A stretch of 29,246 bases of DNA from Nitrospinaceae bacterium. GTDB lineage: Bacteria; Nitrospinota; Nitrospinia; Nitrospinales; VA-1. Both the position numbers and the translations under genes were made by a program. The stretch covers positions 1 to 29,246 of the forward strand of contig JBHHVU010000040.1 of the NCBI GenBank assembly GCA_046754465.1. Reading direction: 5' to 3'. This document shows, one piece after another, positions 27,308 through 29,246 of this stretch; position 1 is the first letter of the stretch; each line of letters starts with the position of its first letter. The notes below the pieces were generated by a model that was not told the origin of the DNA, did not search any database, and saw nothing but the letters and a program-made list of their open reading frames with translations.

Positions 27308-27928
27308 ATGAGTGAAAACAGCAATTCAGAACATCCCTCTCAACCTACGGAGAAACCGAAAATCACCGTCGTCGACCGGCGGCATTCCGCCGTCAGCGGG
27401 GAAGAACTGGCGGCTGGCGACCAAACCGCGCCCGACGAGCGTTATCCCAGTTACGTGGAAAAATTGCGAAAAGAAGCGGAGGAGAAGGACAAGCGCCTGC
27501 GCGAATATATCGCCGCCTATAAGGAAAAAAACTCGGAAACCGACGAGTTCCGCCAACGCCTGCAACGCGAGAACGAAGCCCGGTTGGACCAGTTCAAGGC
27601 CAACTTGTTCGCCCGGCTTGTCCCCATCCTGGACAACCTGAAACGGGCCGCGAATTCCGCCACACAAACCAGCGATTTCGACAGCCTCAAGGAGGGGATC
27701 CAACTGGTCATCCAGCAATATATCCGGGAACTCGAGGAAAACAACGTCACGGTGATCGATACGCGGGACGTCCCTTTCGACCCTAAACTCCATGAAGCGT
27801 TCATGGTGGAGGAGACCCAGGACCCGGAAATGGAAAACCGGGTTCTCGAAGAACTGGAGCCGGGCTATATGTACAAGGACAAATTGATCAAGGCGGCCAA
27901 AGTCAAAATCGCCCGGCTGAAATCCTGA
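27308..27928 (+). CDS. grpE: Nucleotide exchange factor GrpE
   Basis: Coiled coil, LVPILDNLKRA, PFDPKLHEA, GYMYKDKLIKAAKVKI. Start at ATG 27308 or GTG 27299. Confidence 0.93.
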   Translation: MSENSNSEHPSQPTEKPKITVVDRRHSAVSGEELAAGDQTAPDERYPSYVEKLRKEAEEKDKRLREYIAAYKEKNSETDEFRQRLQRENEARLDQFKANLFARLVPILDNLKRAANSATQTSDFDSLKEGIQLVIQQYIRELEENNVTVIDTRDVPFDPKLHEAFMVEETQDPEMENRVLEELEPGYMYKDKLIKAAKVKIARLKS

Positions 27929-27951
27929 TGCCCGTGGCAGCTTGTTCCAAC

Positions 27952-27983
27952 ATGAGGAATGCGCGATTTCCGGCATTCCTCAT
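27952..27983 (+). repeat. Perfect 11-bp inverted repeat between grpE and dnaJ
   Basis: ATGAGGAATGC-N10-GCATTCCTCAT. Confidence 0.75.
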
Positions 27984-28083
27984 TCGTTCACCCGCATTCA
28001 CCAACACTCGACCAAGGGATGACGGGATATAAAACCGTGCCGGACTCCTCTCAATACCCTGACCTCAAACCATTAGGGACCCC

Positions 28084-29172
28084 ATGACCAAACGCGATTA
28101 TTACGAAATACTGGGTATTTCCCCCAACGCTTCAGAATCCGAACTCAAGAAGGCCTACCGGCAGCTGGCCTTGAAATTCCATCCCGATAAAAATCCCGGG
28201 GACCATAAAGCCGAGGAAAATTTCAAGGAAGCCGCCGAAGCTTACGAGGTCCTTAAAGACCCGGAAAAAAGAAAAATCTACGATCAGTTCGGACATGAAG
28301 GATTGAAGGGGTCTGGATTTTCCGGGTTCCGCGGGTTCGAGGATATTTTTTCAAGCTTCGGGGACATCTTCGGGGATTTTTTCGCCAGCGGACAGGGCCA
28401 AAGAACCGGGGCCGACCTGCGCCTGGACCTGACCATAAAATTCACCGAAGCCGCCTTCGGAATCAAGAAGGAAATGGATGTCACCAAACACACCACCTGT
28501 AAAACCTGTCAAGGCTCAGGGGCCAAACCTGGTCATCCCCCCAAGCGTTGCTCCACCTGCCGCGGAACGGGACAGGTGGTCCGCACCCAGGGATTCTTCA
28601 GTGTCAGCACCCCCTGCCCTTCCTGCCACGGGGCCGGACAAATCATTACCGATCCTTGCCACCAGTGCCGGGGAGAAGGAAGGGTCCTGGATAAAAAGAA
28701 AGTGTCCATCAACATTCCCGCCGGAGTGGACGATGGAACCCGCCTCCGCCTGCGTGGAGAGGGCGAGAGCGGTCCGGGCGGCCTTCCGCCGGGAGATCTT
28801 TACGTCTTCATCCACGTCGAGGCGCATGACTTTTTCCACCGTGACGGATACGACGTCCATTCCCGATTGAACCTGTCCTTCTCACAGGCTGCCCTGGGAG
28901 CGGAGATCGAGGTTCCCCTGCTCGACGAAAATAAAACCCAGATCATTTCCGTCGCGCCCGGAACCCAGTCCGGCGAAACCCATCGAATTCCTGGAGGAGG
29001 GATTCCCCACCTGCGCGGTCACGGCCGGGGCGACCAGATCATTCATTTTAACGTGAAGACCCCACGGCACCTGAACAAGCGGCAAAAAGAACTGTTCAAG
29101 GAACTGGCGGAAATGGACGGCAACCCCATCAAGGAAACCCTCAAGGGATTTTTCCAAAAACTCATACCCTGA
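28084..29172 (+). CDS. dnaJ: Chaperone DnaJ (type I)
   Basis: J-domain KRDYYEILG...HPDKN, G/F region, four CxxCxGxG repeats, [13 protein letters not shown]. Confidence 0.98.
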   Translation: MTKRDYYEILGISPNASESELKKAYRQLALKFHPDKNPGDHKAEENFKEAAEAYEVLKDPEKRKIYDQFGHEGLKGSGFSGFRGFEDIFSSFGDIFGDFFASGQGQRTGADLRLDLTIKFTEAAFGIKKEMDVTKHTTCKTCQGSGAKPGHPPKRCSTCRGTGQVVRTQGFFSVSTPCPSCHGAGQIITDPCHQCRGEGRVLDKKKVSINIPAGVDDGTRLRLRGEGESGPGGLPPGDLYVFIHVEAHDFFHRDGYDVHSRLNLSFSQAALGAEIEVPLLDENKTQIISVAPGTQSGETHRIPGGGIPHLRGHGRGDQIIHFNVKTPRHLNKRQKELFKELAEMDGNPIKETLKGFFQKLIP

Positions 29173-29246
29173 GTTTCCCACCCCCAAAACCACCCAACCC
29201 CAATCGAACGACCCTGAACCAGGATATCCACAAATCCAACAAACTA

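Noticed and set aside
27326..27976. 216-aa ORF antisense to grpE, and similar antisense ORFs over the ABC ATPases and other genes
   Set aside because: Shadow ORFs with no recognisable motifs, overlapping well-supported genes.
1..29246. CRISPR array, IS element, integrase, prophage or rRNA
   Set aside because: No regularly spaced repeats, transposase/integrase motifs, phage genes or rRNA-like sequence were seen by eye.

Overview
A mostly chromosomal-backbone window from a diderm bacterium. Nitrospinota/Nitrospirota-like origin is inferred from a delta subunit of the five-subunit 2-oxoacid:ferredoxin oxidoreductase. In order it contains: a membrane protein, an orphan GAF histidine kinase, tRNA-Arg(CCT) with possible integration-site relics, an LCAT-like lipase, a parvulin/DUF1858-like/rhodanese fusion, two peptide-ABC ATPases, a DUF523 protein, an unusual stator locus, a conserved hypothetical protein, a degenerate MBL-fold protein, a degenerate S24/LexA-like protein, folC-lptD-pyrE, the solitary PorD/ForD-like gene, a cheY-cheB-cheR-cheX-cheX cluster continuing into a sialidase-like and a Maf/DUF115-like gene, a second PilZ gene, and dnaK-grpE-dnaJ. 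The best candidate for an undescribed system is the stator locus (8511-11591). It has a 24-aa ORF copying MotA helix 1, a Na+-type MotA that has lost the rotor-contacting glutamate, a MotB with a ~290-aa cytoplasmic coiled-coil extension, and a PilZ protein. The second candidate is the sialidase-like plus Maf-like pair coupled to the che genes. All family calls come from reading motifs by eye; no searches were run.
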